The notes below the pieces were generated by a model. That model saw only the letters and a program-made list of their open reading frames with translations. It was not told where the DNA came from and did not search any database. The translations under genes were made by a program, and so were the position numbers. Below are positions 1-7,827 of a stretch of DNA of 64,000 nt, piece by piece (position 1 is the stretch's first letter; the number at the start of each line of letters is the position of its first letter). This DNA comes from Candidatus Microgenomates bacterium (GTDB lineage: Bacteria; Patescibacteriota; Microgenomatia; UBA8517), in contig JBEKQV010000002.1 of the NCBI GenBank assembly GCA_049519355.1, forward strand, positions 67,479 through 131,478, read 5' to 3'.

Positions 1-523
1 CATTACCTGTGGAACCTATACTAAACCCTGCGGTAGTTAACAACGTTTTCGCTTTACCCGCTTCACCTGAAATTCCCGAACCATTCAAGATATCAATTGT
101 GTATTTTGACAAATCGGGTGTTGCTGAAGGACTTGCTGAGGGTGCAGCGGAAATCTCGGGGACTGCAGTAGGGGTAGTTTCCGCTTGACCATTATTTACA
201 CCTTTTTGGTAAAAAACGATTCCGCCAAGAATTGCACCCAAAAGAAAAATTCCGGGTATTATTATCCAAAAAACGGGAGAAATTCCCTTTTTTGTAGTTT
301 CGGGGACTGGTAATATTTCCTCCGTTTCCCTTTCAATGGGTTTTTCTTCCTTCGGTACTTCTTTCTCTTCCTTAATAAGTTCCTCCGAGGAAACTTTCGC
401 TCCCTCTTCCAGGATGTCAGGTGTGGGATATTCTTCCTTTTTGATTTCTTCGCCTTTTGGAGTCTCCTTGACTTCGACTTCTTCAACAACAATTCTTTTT
501 CGAGGTTTGGTATTATCAGGCAT
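1..523 (-). CDS. LytR_C-domain (LytR/CpsA/Psr C-terminal-like) membrane-anchored protein, N-terminal part; gene runs off the window start
   Basis: Open frame from ATG at 523 (rc) translated by hand: MPDNTKPRK..., then a lysine/glutamate-rich linker, a TM helix (IIIPGIFLLGAILGGIVFY), and DILNGSGISGEAGKAKTLLTTAGFSIG, which resembles the LytR_C domain. It has no in-window stop, so it is missing from the ORF track. Confidence 0.5.
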   Translation of the reverse strand, partial: MPDNTKPRKRIVVEEVEVKETPKGEEIKKEEYPTPDILEEGAKVSSEELIKEEKEVPKEEKPIERETEEILPVPETTKKGISPVFWIIIPGIFLLGAILGGIVFYQKGVNNGQAETTPTAVPEISAAPSASPSATPDLSKYTIDILNGSGISGEAGKAKTLLTTAGFSIGSTGN

Positions 524-586
524 TCCAAGGTAATTATATAGGAAATAGTTTGTTAATAGCAATCCAAGAATGTTAGTATTAATTAA

Positions 587-1204
587 ATGGATAGAAGAAT
601 TTATAAAGTCGGCTGGAAGAATATTTTGAACATTAATAGAATTTTAACCACTTTAGTTGTTTCGGACATTTTCCTTTTCGCCAGCTTTGGCTTAATTTCG
701 CCAATTTTCGCCGTATTCGTAAATCAACAAATACTCGGCGGAACTTTAATCGTCGTCGGCATCGGGGAAGCAATTTATCTGGCTACTAAATCAATATTGC
801 AACTTCCAATAGGCATCTTAATTGACAATGTAAGCGGGGAAAAAATTGATTTTTATCTGACTATTTCAGGAAATCTTTTAATAAGCATTTCGATAGGACT
901 TTATATTTTTGCAACAATACCAGTCCATATTTATCTAATTCAAGCTTTAATGGGAATTGGCGGCGCTATTTCATATCCTGCCTGGATGGGACTATTCACA
1001 AGAAACATGGAGGAAGGACGGGAATCTTTTATTTGGAGCGTTCACTCGACCTTCACTGAGCTTTTTTCTGCGGTAGCTGCAGCTCTCGGCGGATATTTGG
1101 CGGTTACTCTGGGGTTTCACTACCTATTTTTAGTTGTTTCCATATTGAGTTTGATCGGAACTCTTCTTCTGGTCTTTATATACCCAAAAATCCTGAAGTC
1201 CTAA
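587..1204 (+). CDS. Multi-pass membrane protein, MFS-transporter-like half (about 6 TM)
   Basis: 205 aa ORF with repeated hydrophobic helices and the glycine-rich inter-helix motifs typical of MFS transporters. Assignment is from composition and topology only. Confidence 0.45.
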   Translation: MDRRIYKVGWKNILNINRILTTLVVSDIFLFASFGLISPIFAVFVNQQILGGTLIVVGIGEAIYLATKSILQLPIGILIDNVSGEKIDFYLTISGNLLISISIGLYIFATIPVHIYLIQALMGIGGAISYPAWMGLFTRNMEEGRESFIWSVHSTFTELFSAVAAALGGYLAVTLGFHYLFLVVSILSLIGTLLLVFIYPKILKS

Positions 1205-1290
1205 CCTTGGCTAATTCTCTCCCCAAATGCTAAAATATGACTGTGGCTGTAAGAAAAATATGAATTTTCTCGACAGTCATATTGTTGTGT

Positions 1291-1367
1291 GGTGGCTGTA
1301 GCTCAACGGCTAGAGCACTAGGTTGTGGACCTAGGGGTTGCGCGTCCGAATCGCGTCAGCCACCCCA
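1291..1367 (+). tRNA. tRNA-His (anticodon GTG) with genome-encoded G-1 and CCA
   Basis: Cloverleaf folded by hand: G-1 pairs with discriminator C73, acceptor GTGGCTG/CAGCCAC, D-arm GCTC..GAGC, anticodon stem CTAGG/CCTAG with loop TTGTGGA (GTG), T-stem GCGCG/CGCGT, 3' CCA at 1365-1367. The T-loop reads TCCGAAT, with C where U55 is expected. Confidence 0.85.
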
Positions 1368-2987
1368 ATTGTTTTGAGGTGCATAATGATCGTGTGTTTG
1401 TGCCGTAAATATGACATTATCTCCAGGTTCGAGCCGTTTAGAGGTAGAATACCTACTATCTAAGAAGTCTTTAATCTTCAGAAAAGGAATACGAGGCTGA
1501 ATATCCAATTTCTTGCCTGAAAGAGTCAAGTACGAGCCAATACCTCTAAGAACCAATCTTTTTGTACTCAGATCACCTTCAATAAATCTTTGCCGGGCTT
1601 TTGAGGCAAAATCAAATGTTTTTACGGTTAAGTCGTCCCATTCGTCGTTTCCCATGTCAAAATTATCCAAAGCTACTTTTGCCTGATCGCGCTCGGCAAT
1701 AAGTCTATCCATTTTTGATCTATACACTTCCTCCGGCATTCCGGATGACAATTTAAGATCCACAAGACCTTCTATTTTAGACGCCGCGCCATCGTAAGAA
1801 TCTTTTATGGCTCTAAGTTTTGATTCTCTAAATTTTCTATCTTCATTCGTAAGATATTTACACCATTCAGCAGCCCAAGTGGCAAAATCCGGGTCAACTT
1901 CAACGGTCTCCAAAAAATCCGCAACTTGTTTTTCAAGGGCGTTAGCGCTTATGTAAAGTTGATTGCAAATCTTGGTTTTACTTTTCTTCGTACACCTGTA
2001 ATATCTGAACTCTTTAGATTTACCATTTTTGTAACGCTTTATATGTCTTTCGCCACAGATCGCCATGCCACATTCACCACACCGGACAAGCCCACTAAGT
2101 GTAAATTCTAAAGGTTTTTGGGGTCGAGACTTGCCATTATCTTCAAGGATTTCCTGAACAAGTTCATATTCTTCGTCCTTGAGCATTCTCTCATGAATAC
2201 CTTTGTGAATTTTACCTTCATAAATAAATCTTCCTGCATAAAACGGATCACGGAGTATCCGGTACATCTGGCTTTTACCGATTTCCCGTCCCAGACTGTT
2301 CTTTAATCCCATTTTGCTTGCCTCCCTAGTTAACCCGCTTACGGAAAAATCTCTGGTCATATATAATTCAAACAGCTTTCTCATTAACGGAAAAGTTTTT
2401 GGATCGGGAAGTATGTCTCTTTTACCCTGAGGCTTGGTTTTATCGTTGATGAATCCGGGAGGTGCCAAAATCGGCGCGATTCCTTGTTCAACTTTGAAAT
2501 GAACACCCCTCATAGAGGCTTTACGGAGGTCCAGAATGTATTGATTAGCCATTCCACCCTCAAGGGATACCAATATCGCAGAATCTTCAGACTTGAAAGT
2601 TCTTTCCATGGTAACGATTTCATCAATTACACCTTTCTGGAGCATCCATTGAAGTTTTCCGGTATCAATTGGGTTTCTTGAAAGACGATTAAAATGCCAC
2701 GCAACTATTCCTTTTATGTCCTTCCTTTCGAGTGCAAGATCCGTCATCCGATCAAATTCAAGCCTGCCGGGTTGTTTAGCACTTTTGCTTTCTTCAAACC
2801 GCTTGAGAATCGGAAGATTCAACCTTTTTATAAGTTCATTATTTTCGCGGCTCTGATCCTCCAAACTTTGGACTTGCCGTTCATCGCTTTCCGAACTCTT
2901 GCGTGTATAAACCAAGTAATATTTTTTCACTACTGGCTCGGTTTTTTTACTTGTTCGTTCTTGAAAAATATCTTCGATAGTACCCAT
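1356..2987 (-). CDS. Large serine recombinase (resolvase/invertase catalytic domain + recombinase domain + zinc ribbon)
   Basis: 543 aa. N-terminal YLVYTRKSSESDERQVQSLEDQ matches the serine-recombinase catalytic motif around the nucleophilic Ser. A CGECG...C zinc-ribbon region and a C-terminal coiled coil are typical of large serine integrases. The last 12 nt, including the stop, overlap the 3' end of tRNA-His on the other strand. Confidence 0.85.
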   Translation of the reverse strand: MGTIEDIFQERTSKKTEPVVKKYYLVYTRKSSESDERQVQSLEDQSRENNELIKRLNLPILKRFEESKSAKQPGRLEFDRMTDLALERKDIKGIVAWHFNRLSRNPIDTGKLQWMLQKGVIDEIVTMERTFKSEDSAILVSLEGGMANQYILDLRKASMRGVHFKVEQGIAPILAPPGFINDKTKPQGKRDILPDPKTFPLMRKLFELYMTRDFSVSGLTREASKMGLKNSLGREIGKSQMYRILRDPFYAGRFIYEGKIHKGIHERMLKDEEYELVQEILEDNGKSRPQKPLEFTLSGLVRCGECGMAICGERHIKRYKNGKSKEFRYYRCTKKSKTKICNQLYISANALEKQVADFLETVEVDPDFATWAAEWCKYLTNEDRKFRESKLRAIKDSYDGAASKIEGLVDLKLSSGMPEEVYRSKMDRLIAERDQAKVALDNFDMGNDEWDDLTVKTFDFASKARQRFIEGDLSTKRLVLRGIGSYLTLSGKKLDIQPRIPFLKIKDFLDSRYSTSKRLEPGDNVIFTAQTHDHYAPQNNWGG

Positions 2988-2989
2988 AA

Positions 2990-3160
2990 TTATCTGTCTT
3001 TACTCGTTTGTGTCAATCCTCTTTTAGTTTTTGCCTCCGCGAGGACTCGATACAGCGCTACCAAATTATTTGCTTCATCCACAGCCTGCTTATCAGAAAG
3101 GTGAATATCCTTCTTTTTACAAATTTCTTTGAATTGTTTAATTGCTTCTTCCGGTAACAT
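2990..3160 (-). CDS. Small hypothetical protein (56 aa), possible recombination directionality factor or accessory protein of the integration module
   Basis: Hand-translated: MLPEEAIKQFKEICKKKDIHLSDKQAVDEANNLVALYRVLAEAKTKRGLTQTSKDR. A strong SD (GAAGGAGG) lies about 12 nt upstream. Its start is 1 nt after the upstream gene's stop (TGAtATG), and its stop is 3 nt before the recombinase ATG. Under 60 aa, so not in the ORF track. Confidence 0.35.
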   Translation of the reverse strand: MLPEEAIKQFKEICKKKDIHLSDKQAVDEANNLVALYRVLAEAKTKRGLTQTSKDR

Positions 3161-3161
3161 A

Positions 3162-3806
3162 TCAGCCGTAATCGTTTTGTTCCTCCTTCAATTGCTTAAT
3201 CGCATTCCAGAAGTTTTTTGGGTGTGGCGCGTAAGGCTTGCATGCGTATTCGTCCCAAATTTTATTGATCCTATCGAAACCCCACTTTTGAATCGTATGA
3301 GTAATCTGAAGTCTGACGGCATATTCCGGAGCCAAGGTATTAAATTCCGGTAAGGTACACCACTTAACAATTTTTTCTATTAGCTTATTTTCATCCTCAG
3401 AAAGTTTCTGTTCCCATTTATTAGAAACATCTCTATAGATATTCTTAGTCTCTGTGTTATTAGGCTCAGTATTATTAGGGAGAAGATTTTGTAACTTATC
3501 AGGAGAACATTCCTTCACAATAGATGTGAAGTTTTCTTCACCAATGAATTTGTAAATATTGGATTGCGAATAACCTCTCCGCTTAAAGTCAATAATTTGT
3601 TTTTTTCTTAAAGATCGGAGGTGTGCATTTATAATTCTCCTGCTTTTCCCCCGGATTCCGGCTATTGTTGCCTGAGACGGGAAAACCTTGCCTCTTTCGC
3701 CGTATTTGTAGCTTTTTAGCAAACATAGCGTCCTAAACTCGGCATCGCTAATGTTCTTGTCTTTAATTAGAAAGTTTGGTATTTGAGTAAAATCTTTGTT
3801 TTTCAT
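3162..3806 (-). CDS. Winged-helix/HTH DNA-binding protein, replication-initiator-like (plasmid/phage RepA/DnaD-N-like)
   Basis: 214 aa. N-terminal FTQIPNFLIKD...DAEFRTLCLL...GKVFPSQATIAGIRGKSRRIINAHLRSLRKKQIID is the usual phage/plasmid replication-initiator HTH pattern. It sits in the operon with the recombinase. Confidence 0.5.
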   Translation of the reverse strand: MKNKDFTQIPNFLIKDKNISDAEFRTLCLLKSYKYGERGKVFPSQATIAGIRGKSRRIINAHLRSLRKKQIIDFKRRGYSQSNIYKFIGEENFTSIVKECSPDKLQNLLPNNTEPNNTETKNIYRDVSNKWEQKLSEDENKLIEKIVKWCTLPEFNTLAPEYAVRLQITHTIQKWGFDRINKIWDEYACKPYAPHPKNFWNAIKQLKEEQNDYG

Positions 3807-3976
3807 GCTTTTTCTTTCTCTCTATCTTTCAATATGGGAACCAAAATGAAGCCTTTCCCGCCGCACGCATGGCATTGAACTCTTTTGAAGGAAACAGTAC
3901 CCCAACCGTTGCATACTGGGCATCTCTGGGCTATGTAGGATGGTTTTATCTGTGCCGGAATAATATTTTCTGTCAT
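3803..3976 (-). CDS. Small zinc-ribbon protein (57 aa, two CxxC pairs)
   Basis: Hand-translated: MTENIIPAQIKPSYIAQRCPVCNGWGTVSFKRVQCHACGGKGFILVPILKDREKEKA. Its stop overlaps the downstream ATG (ATGA). Not in the ORF track because it is under 60 aa. Confidence 0.4.
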   Translation of the reverse strand: MTENIIPAQIKPSYIAQRCPVCNGWGTVSFKRVQCHACGGKGFILVPILKDREKEKA

Positions 3977-3995
3977 ATTTCTTTCGTTTTGTCAC

Positions 3996-4021
3996 AAAAA
4001 AAGCGACCCTGAAAAGGTCGC
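3996..4021 (-). terminator. Intrinsic-terminator-like hairpin on the minus strand (GCGACC-7 nt loop-GGTCGC followed by T7)
   Basis: Forward 3996-4021 reads AAAAAAAGCGACCctgaaaaGGTCGC. On the minus strand this is a perfect 6-bp GC stem followed by 7 T. It sits about 20 nt upstream of the zinc-ribbon gene start, so its role is unclear: terminator of an upstream minus-strand transcript, or a 5' hairpin. Confidence 0.4.
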
Positions 4022-4252
4022 CAAATAAAAACTTTTGGAAACGATTGCTCTTCAGTAATACCTGAATAGTCAACCGTTCCAACTTGTTAGGTCGTTCTGA
4101 CTCCCCGAAGGCTTCCGTTCCGAATTACAATTTTCTGGTTGAGAAAACTAATTGTTCGTTAAGGGTCTCCTCGGATTCGCGTCAAAACGCCGCAAATCAA
4201 AACAAACTTTTTAAGATTTTAACTAATGAAATTATTACATATGAGGCTGTTT

Positions 4253-4288
4253 TTGTCAATCTTTATAAGAGATATTTAGTTGTATAAT
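4253..4288 (+). promoter_or_regulatory. Candidate promoter for the TIR-like gene (TTGTCA ... TGTATAAT)
   Basis: TTGTCA at 4253-4258 and TATAAT at 4283-4288 preceded by TG. The 24-nt spacing is too long for a canonical -35, so mainly the extended -10 is supported. ATG at 4302. Confidence 0.25.
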
Positions 4289-4301
4289 CCTGATTGAAAC
4301 T

Positions 4302-5207
4302 ATGAGAAAAGCGAGAGTGTTTATTAGTTGTGGGCAAGATCCGGAAGAAAAAAAGGTCGGCTTAAAAATTGTTGAGTATTTTAGAAAAAGAGGTTTTGAT
4401 CCTTACTTCGCGGGAGAAGTTCAAACACCCGAAGCGTTAACTAGAGATATTTTTGAATCACTAAAAAGATCTGAGTATTTTATAAGTATAAATTTTGAAC
4501 GATCGGAACTTAATTCAGGATCACTTTTTGTCCGACAAGAATTTGCCATTGCAGCATTTTTAGGAATAGAGATGTTAGCCTTTCACAAAGGAAAAGATGC
4601 AACTTTGACAGGGAAAGGCACAGGAATTGGAAATTATTTGGTATTAAAGAGTATTGAATTTGTTTCCGTTAAAGGTTTGTTAAAGAATTTGGACAAAAAC
4701 ACCATGCATTGGGATTCTAATTCTGTTCACGGATTGAAATTAGAGTTTGGTAATTACCATAGCAATGTTGTCGTTAGTAATAACCCCAACGGTCCTCTAA
4801 CAAATTGGATTCATGTAATCGTGTCTAATACGAGTTCAAAATTCTATTGTAAAAATTGTTGCGCTTATGTTGATGAAGTCGTTGACCTAATCAATAAAAA
4901 GGTAATTATTGGCAAAAATGATTATAAGACTGAACTCGTTTGGTCAGGCGCCGGAGCCTTCACAATTAACATTCCTCAAGGTGGAAAAAGAGATTTTGAC
5001 GCCTGTTATTGGGCGCAAGGCACGAACGCATTGGTTTTTCATCAACTTTCAATGTCAACTTTTTATAGATACCCCAATTTGAATTTTGGTAAATATAAAA
5101 TTCGTTATGTTATTATTTCTGAAAATTTCCCAGCTTCCAAAGTAGAGGCAATTATTGAGTTTCGTAAAACTGGAATATCAGTTCTGAGCTTTGTACAAAC
5201 TGAATGA
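4302..5207 (+). CDS. TIR-like domain protein (N-terminal ~100 aa) fused to an uncharacterised beta-rich C-terminal domain (~200 aa); candidate defence/NADase-type effector
   Basis: The N-terminus ARVFISCGQD...GFDPYFA...IFESLKRSEYFISINFERSELNSGSLFVRQEFAIAAF follows the TIR pattern (FISxxxxD ... S-yF-vlS ... S-W/F-xxxE, with a candidate catalytic Glu in VRQEF). I could not relate the C-terminal part to any known family. Confidence 0.5.
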   Translation: MRKARVFISCGQDPEEKKVGLKIVEYFRKRGFDPYFAGEVQTPEALTRDIFESLKRSEYFISINFERSELNSGSLFVRQEFAIAAFLGIEMLAFHKGKDATLTGKGTGIGNYLVLKSIEFVSVKGLLKNLDKNTMHWDSNSVHGLKLEFGNYHSNVVVSNNPNGPLTNWIHVIVSNTSSKFYCKNCCAYVDEVVDLINKKVIIGKNDYKTELVWSGAGAFTINIPQGGKRDFDACYWAQGTNALVFHQLSMSTFYRYPNLNFGKYKIRYVIISENFPASKVEAIIEFRKTGISVLSFVQTE

Positions 5208-5238
5208 CAGTCTCGCAGCATACAACACACCTTTTCTA

Positions 5239-5463
5239 TTAAAACATTTCTTTTACCTTAATGTGGAGAGCGCGACCCAATTTGGCTAGCGTCTTTACCG
5301 AAACATTCCTTTTTCCATTTTCAAGCTGATTGTAAAAACTATAATCTAGCCCAGCCTTATACGCTAAATCTTCCTGCGTCATTCCTGCTTCGCGCCGGAG
5401 TTTTCCCAACCTCGCACCGATCTTTTTGTTGACTATAGTCATAGCCAAAGTATGGCTAGACAT
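5239..5463 (-). CDS. XRE-family helix-turn-helix transcriptional regulator
   Basis: 74 aa. IGARLGKLRREAGMTQEDLAYKAGLDYSFYNQLENGKRNVSVKTLAKLGRAL is the classic Cro/C1-type HTH. Confidence 0.8.
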   Translation of the reverse strand: MSSHTLAMTIVNKKIGARLGKLRREAGMTQEDLAYKAGLDYSFYNQLENGKRNVSVKTLAKLGRALHIKVKEMF

Positions 5464-5477
5464 TTACATAAAGTGTA

Positions 5478-5507
5478 TTGACTATAACCAATATTTAACC
5501 ATATACT
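5478..5507 (+). promoter_or_regulatory. Candidate sigma70-like promoter (TTGACT-18 nt-TATACT) for the 5520 gene
   Basis: TTGACT at 5478-5483 and TATACT at 5502-5507, with the ATG at 5520. The 5' UTR would be very short. Confidence 0.3.
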
Positions 5508-5510
5508 CAA

Positions 5511-6029
5511 TTGATACAGATGAATATTTTCCTTTTTCTTCTGGCAGTTTTTGTAATTGCTGTTGTTTATCAAACATTTAAGCTCAAGCGTGAATCCGGA
5601 AAAGATTTTGAAAATAATTTAGTAAGAGCTTGGAAACAATACGATACGATCATGACTTACGATAAAGAACCGTTTGTGAGAGATGGCAAACCGGATCCTG
5701 TCTTAATTAAGTTCCAAGAGAGAACCAAAAAGGACTACGAAATGTATAAAAAATTGATAATGAGGTATCCCGACATTCCACGGCACAATAAAGCCAGAAT
5801 GGCAATCGACGATAATTGGTGTTTGTTGCTACAGACAGTATTTATGCTCTCTGGCTACCAAGTCATTGATTCCGCTGGACGCAGAAATGAGAATTTTACA
5901 AAGAAAAAATATGTATCAGACCAAACTGACCAGAAGCGAAGAAATTCTGAGATTGAACTAGATGAATATGAGAATTTTTTTAAGAATAAATTAAAAGAAT
6001 CTGAAGGAAAAGCCCCCCTACCGCTATAA
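5511..6029 (+). CDS. Hypothetical membrane-anchored protein (single N-terminal TM, charged soluble domain)
   Basis: The ORF track starts at TTG 5511. The in-frame ATG at 5520 (MNIFLFLLAVFVIAVVY...) is the more likely start. No recognisable domain. Confidence 0.45.
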   Translation: MIQMNIFLFLLAVFVIAVVYQTFKLKRESGKDFENNLVRAWKQYDTIMTYDKEPFVRDGKPDPVLIKFQERTKKDYEMYKKLIMRYPDIPRHNKARMAIDDNWCLLLQTVFMLSGYQVIDSAGRRNENFTKKKYVSDQTDQKRRNSEIELDEYENFFKNKLKESEGKAPLPL

Positions 6030-6084
6030 ATCGCTTTCTTAAAACAATCGTTTAGGCGTAAAAAAAGTGTTAGAATAAGCCAGA

Positions 6085-7827
6085 ATGGCGAAAGATTATT
6101 CCACTTGGTCAAAACCGGAGCTAATCCGTGAGTTAAAAAAAATCGGCGAAAGAAAAAAATACGGAATTGTTTGGGAAGATAAACCTGAGGAAGTTGTTGA
6201 ATTGTGTAAGACAAAGCTCCCAGTTCTCGAAGAACTTAAAAAGCGTGAAATAGCAACATCAAAGGAAGATCCCACCAATATTCTTATCGAGGGCGACAAT
6301 TACCACGCTCTTTCTGTCTTAAATTACACACATAAAGGAGAAGTTGACCTAATTTATATTGACCCTCCATACAATACGGGTAGCAAAGATTTTGTTTATA
6401 ACGACCGTTATGTTGATACAGAAGATGGCTATAGGCATAGCAAGTGGCTCAATTTTATGGACAAAAGACTAAGATTAGCAAAAAATCTTTTAAAAAATGA
6501 TGGAATTATATGTATTAGCATTGACGAGAATGAGCAAGCACAACTAAAACTTTTATGTGATGAAATATTTGGTGAAACTAATAGAATTTCTACCCTGCAT
6601 ATTCAGGTTAGATATTCCGGAAAGACTTTGAATGAGAAAAACGACTGGCAGCCCGTAATGGAATATGTATTAATTTATGCAAAAAATGGAAACTCCTTTA
6701 GAGCAAACAAACCAACAGTTGAATATTCAATTGATAAATTTAATTACGAAATAAAAGAATTGACTCAGGGGACTGAGATTCTGGTAAAAAACAGAAGGGT
6801 AACTATATTTAAAAAAGGTGAATGGAAAATACTAAAACACACAGAATCTGGTAAAAATCTTTTAAAAGAGACTTGGGTTTCTGGAAGCATATATTCAGGA
6901 ACAGGAAATGGAACAATGGTTCAAAATGTAATCGAGCCGAGAGTGCTGGTTGACGGATATGGAAGCTTATACAAGATCGAAGGTCTAGGAGAAGATGGTT
7001 TGGGATTCCGTTATTTTACCGGTCCTCAAAAGGTTGGAGCAACAAGAAGCAAGATGTACACAGGTATTCCGACGGTTAGAGCAGAAGAATTAAATGAAGG
7101 AAATGCTGTTAGATATTTATCTATTCCTAACTATTACGATTTTAGTCCTGACTTTGGAAATATAAGAAGTGAGGGCGGCGTTCCTTTTAATAGCGGTAAA
7201 AAACCAGTCAAAATGTTGAAACAAATTATTAACTACCATAAGAATAAAAATGCTACTATTCTCGATTTTTTTGCCGGTTCTGGTACAACTGCACACGCTG
7301 TTATGGAAATAAACAAATTCGACTCCGGATCCCGAAAATTTATTCTGTGTACAGACAATGAGGATAATACTGGTAGCGGTACTAAAATAGCTGAGGACAT
7401 ATGCTATCAAAGAATAATGAATGTTATTAAGGGCTATAACCATAAAACCGGATTGGGCGGTACATTAAAGTATTTTAAAACAGCGTTTGTTGACAGTGCG
7501 CCATCGGACGAGAATAAAAGAATATTGGTTGACAAATCTACTGAAATGCTTTGTCTTAAGGAGGATTGTTTTGACAATCTCACTGAGGGTAAAGAATACA
7601 AAGCATTTACCAATAGCAAAAACAATCTTCTTGGAATCATTTATGATGATGCCGGAATAGAACCTTTCAAGAAATTTATTAGAGAGACAAATAAGAAATT
7701 TGTAGTTTATGTTTTTTCCCTCGATGAAAGTGCACGAGAAGAAGAATTTGAAGATATTAGAAAATTGGTGGAGCTCAAACCTATTCCTGCGGTTATATTA
7801 AATGTCTATAAGAGAATTTTCAAATGA
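6085..7827 (+). CDS. mod: Type III restriction-modification system methyltransferase subunit (Mod), N6-adenine, beta-class
   Basis: 580 aa. Motif IV DPPYNTG lies upstream of motif I ILDFFAGSGTTAHAV, the order and sequences characteristic of Type III Mod proteins (EcoP15I-like). 4-nt overlap (ATGA) with the downstream res. Confidence 0.8.
   Translation: MAKDYSTWSKPELIRELKKIGERKKYGIVWEDKPEEVVELCKTKLPVLEELKKREIATSKEDPTNILIEGDNYHALSVLNYTHKGEVDLIYIDPPYNTGSKDFVYNDRYVDTEDGYRHSKWLNFMDKRLRLAKNLLKNDGIICISIDENEQAQLKLLCDEIFGETNRISTLHIQVRYSGKTLNEKNDWQPVMEYVLIYAKNGNSFRANKPTVEYSIDKFNYEIKELTQGTEILVKNRRVTIFKKGEWKILKHTESGKNLLKETWVSGSIYSGTGNGTMVQNVIEPRVLVDGYGSLYKIEGLGEDGLGFRYFTGPQKVGATRSKMYTGIPTVRAEELNEGNAVRYLSIPNYYDFSPDFGNIRSEGGVPFNSGKKPVKMLKQIINYHKNKNATILDFFAGSGTTAHAVMEINKFDSGSRKFILCTDNEDNTGSGTKIAEDICYQRIMNVIKGYNHKTGLGGTLKYFKTAFVDSAPSDENKRILVDKSTEMLCLKEDCFDNLTEGKEYKAFTNSKNNLLGIIYDDAGIEPFKKFIRETNKKFVVYVFSLDESAREEEFEDIRKLVELKPIPAVILNVYKRIFK

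Noticed and set aside
262-528. 88-aa Lys/Arg-rich ORF (minus strand) and a 65-aa ORF (plus strand, 336-533)
   Set aside because: Both are alternative frames or the antisense of the real minus-strand LytR_C-like gene (1..523). Their low-complexity basic composition is the signature of out-of-frame translation of a K/E-rich linker.
4084-4287. 67-aa plus-strand ORF in the island non-coding stretch
   Set aside because: It would start with TTG and has no SD, no motif and an odd composition. More likely non-coding.
5451-5470. Apparent TCTAGA-type palindrome at the XRE gene start
   Set aside because: On rechecking, the sequence is GGCTAGACAT, so only the 4-nt CTAG is palindromic.
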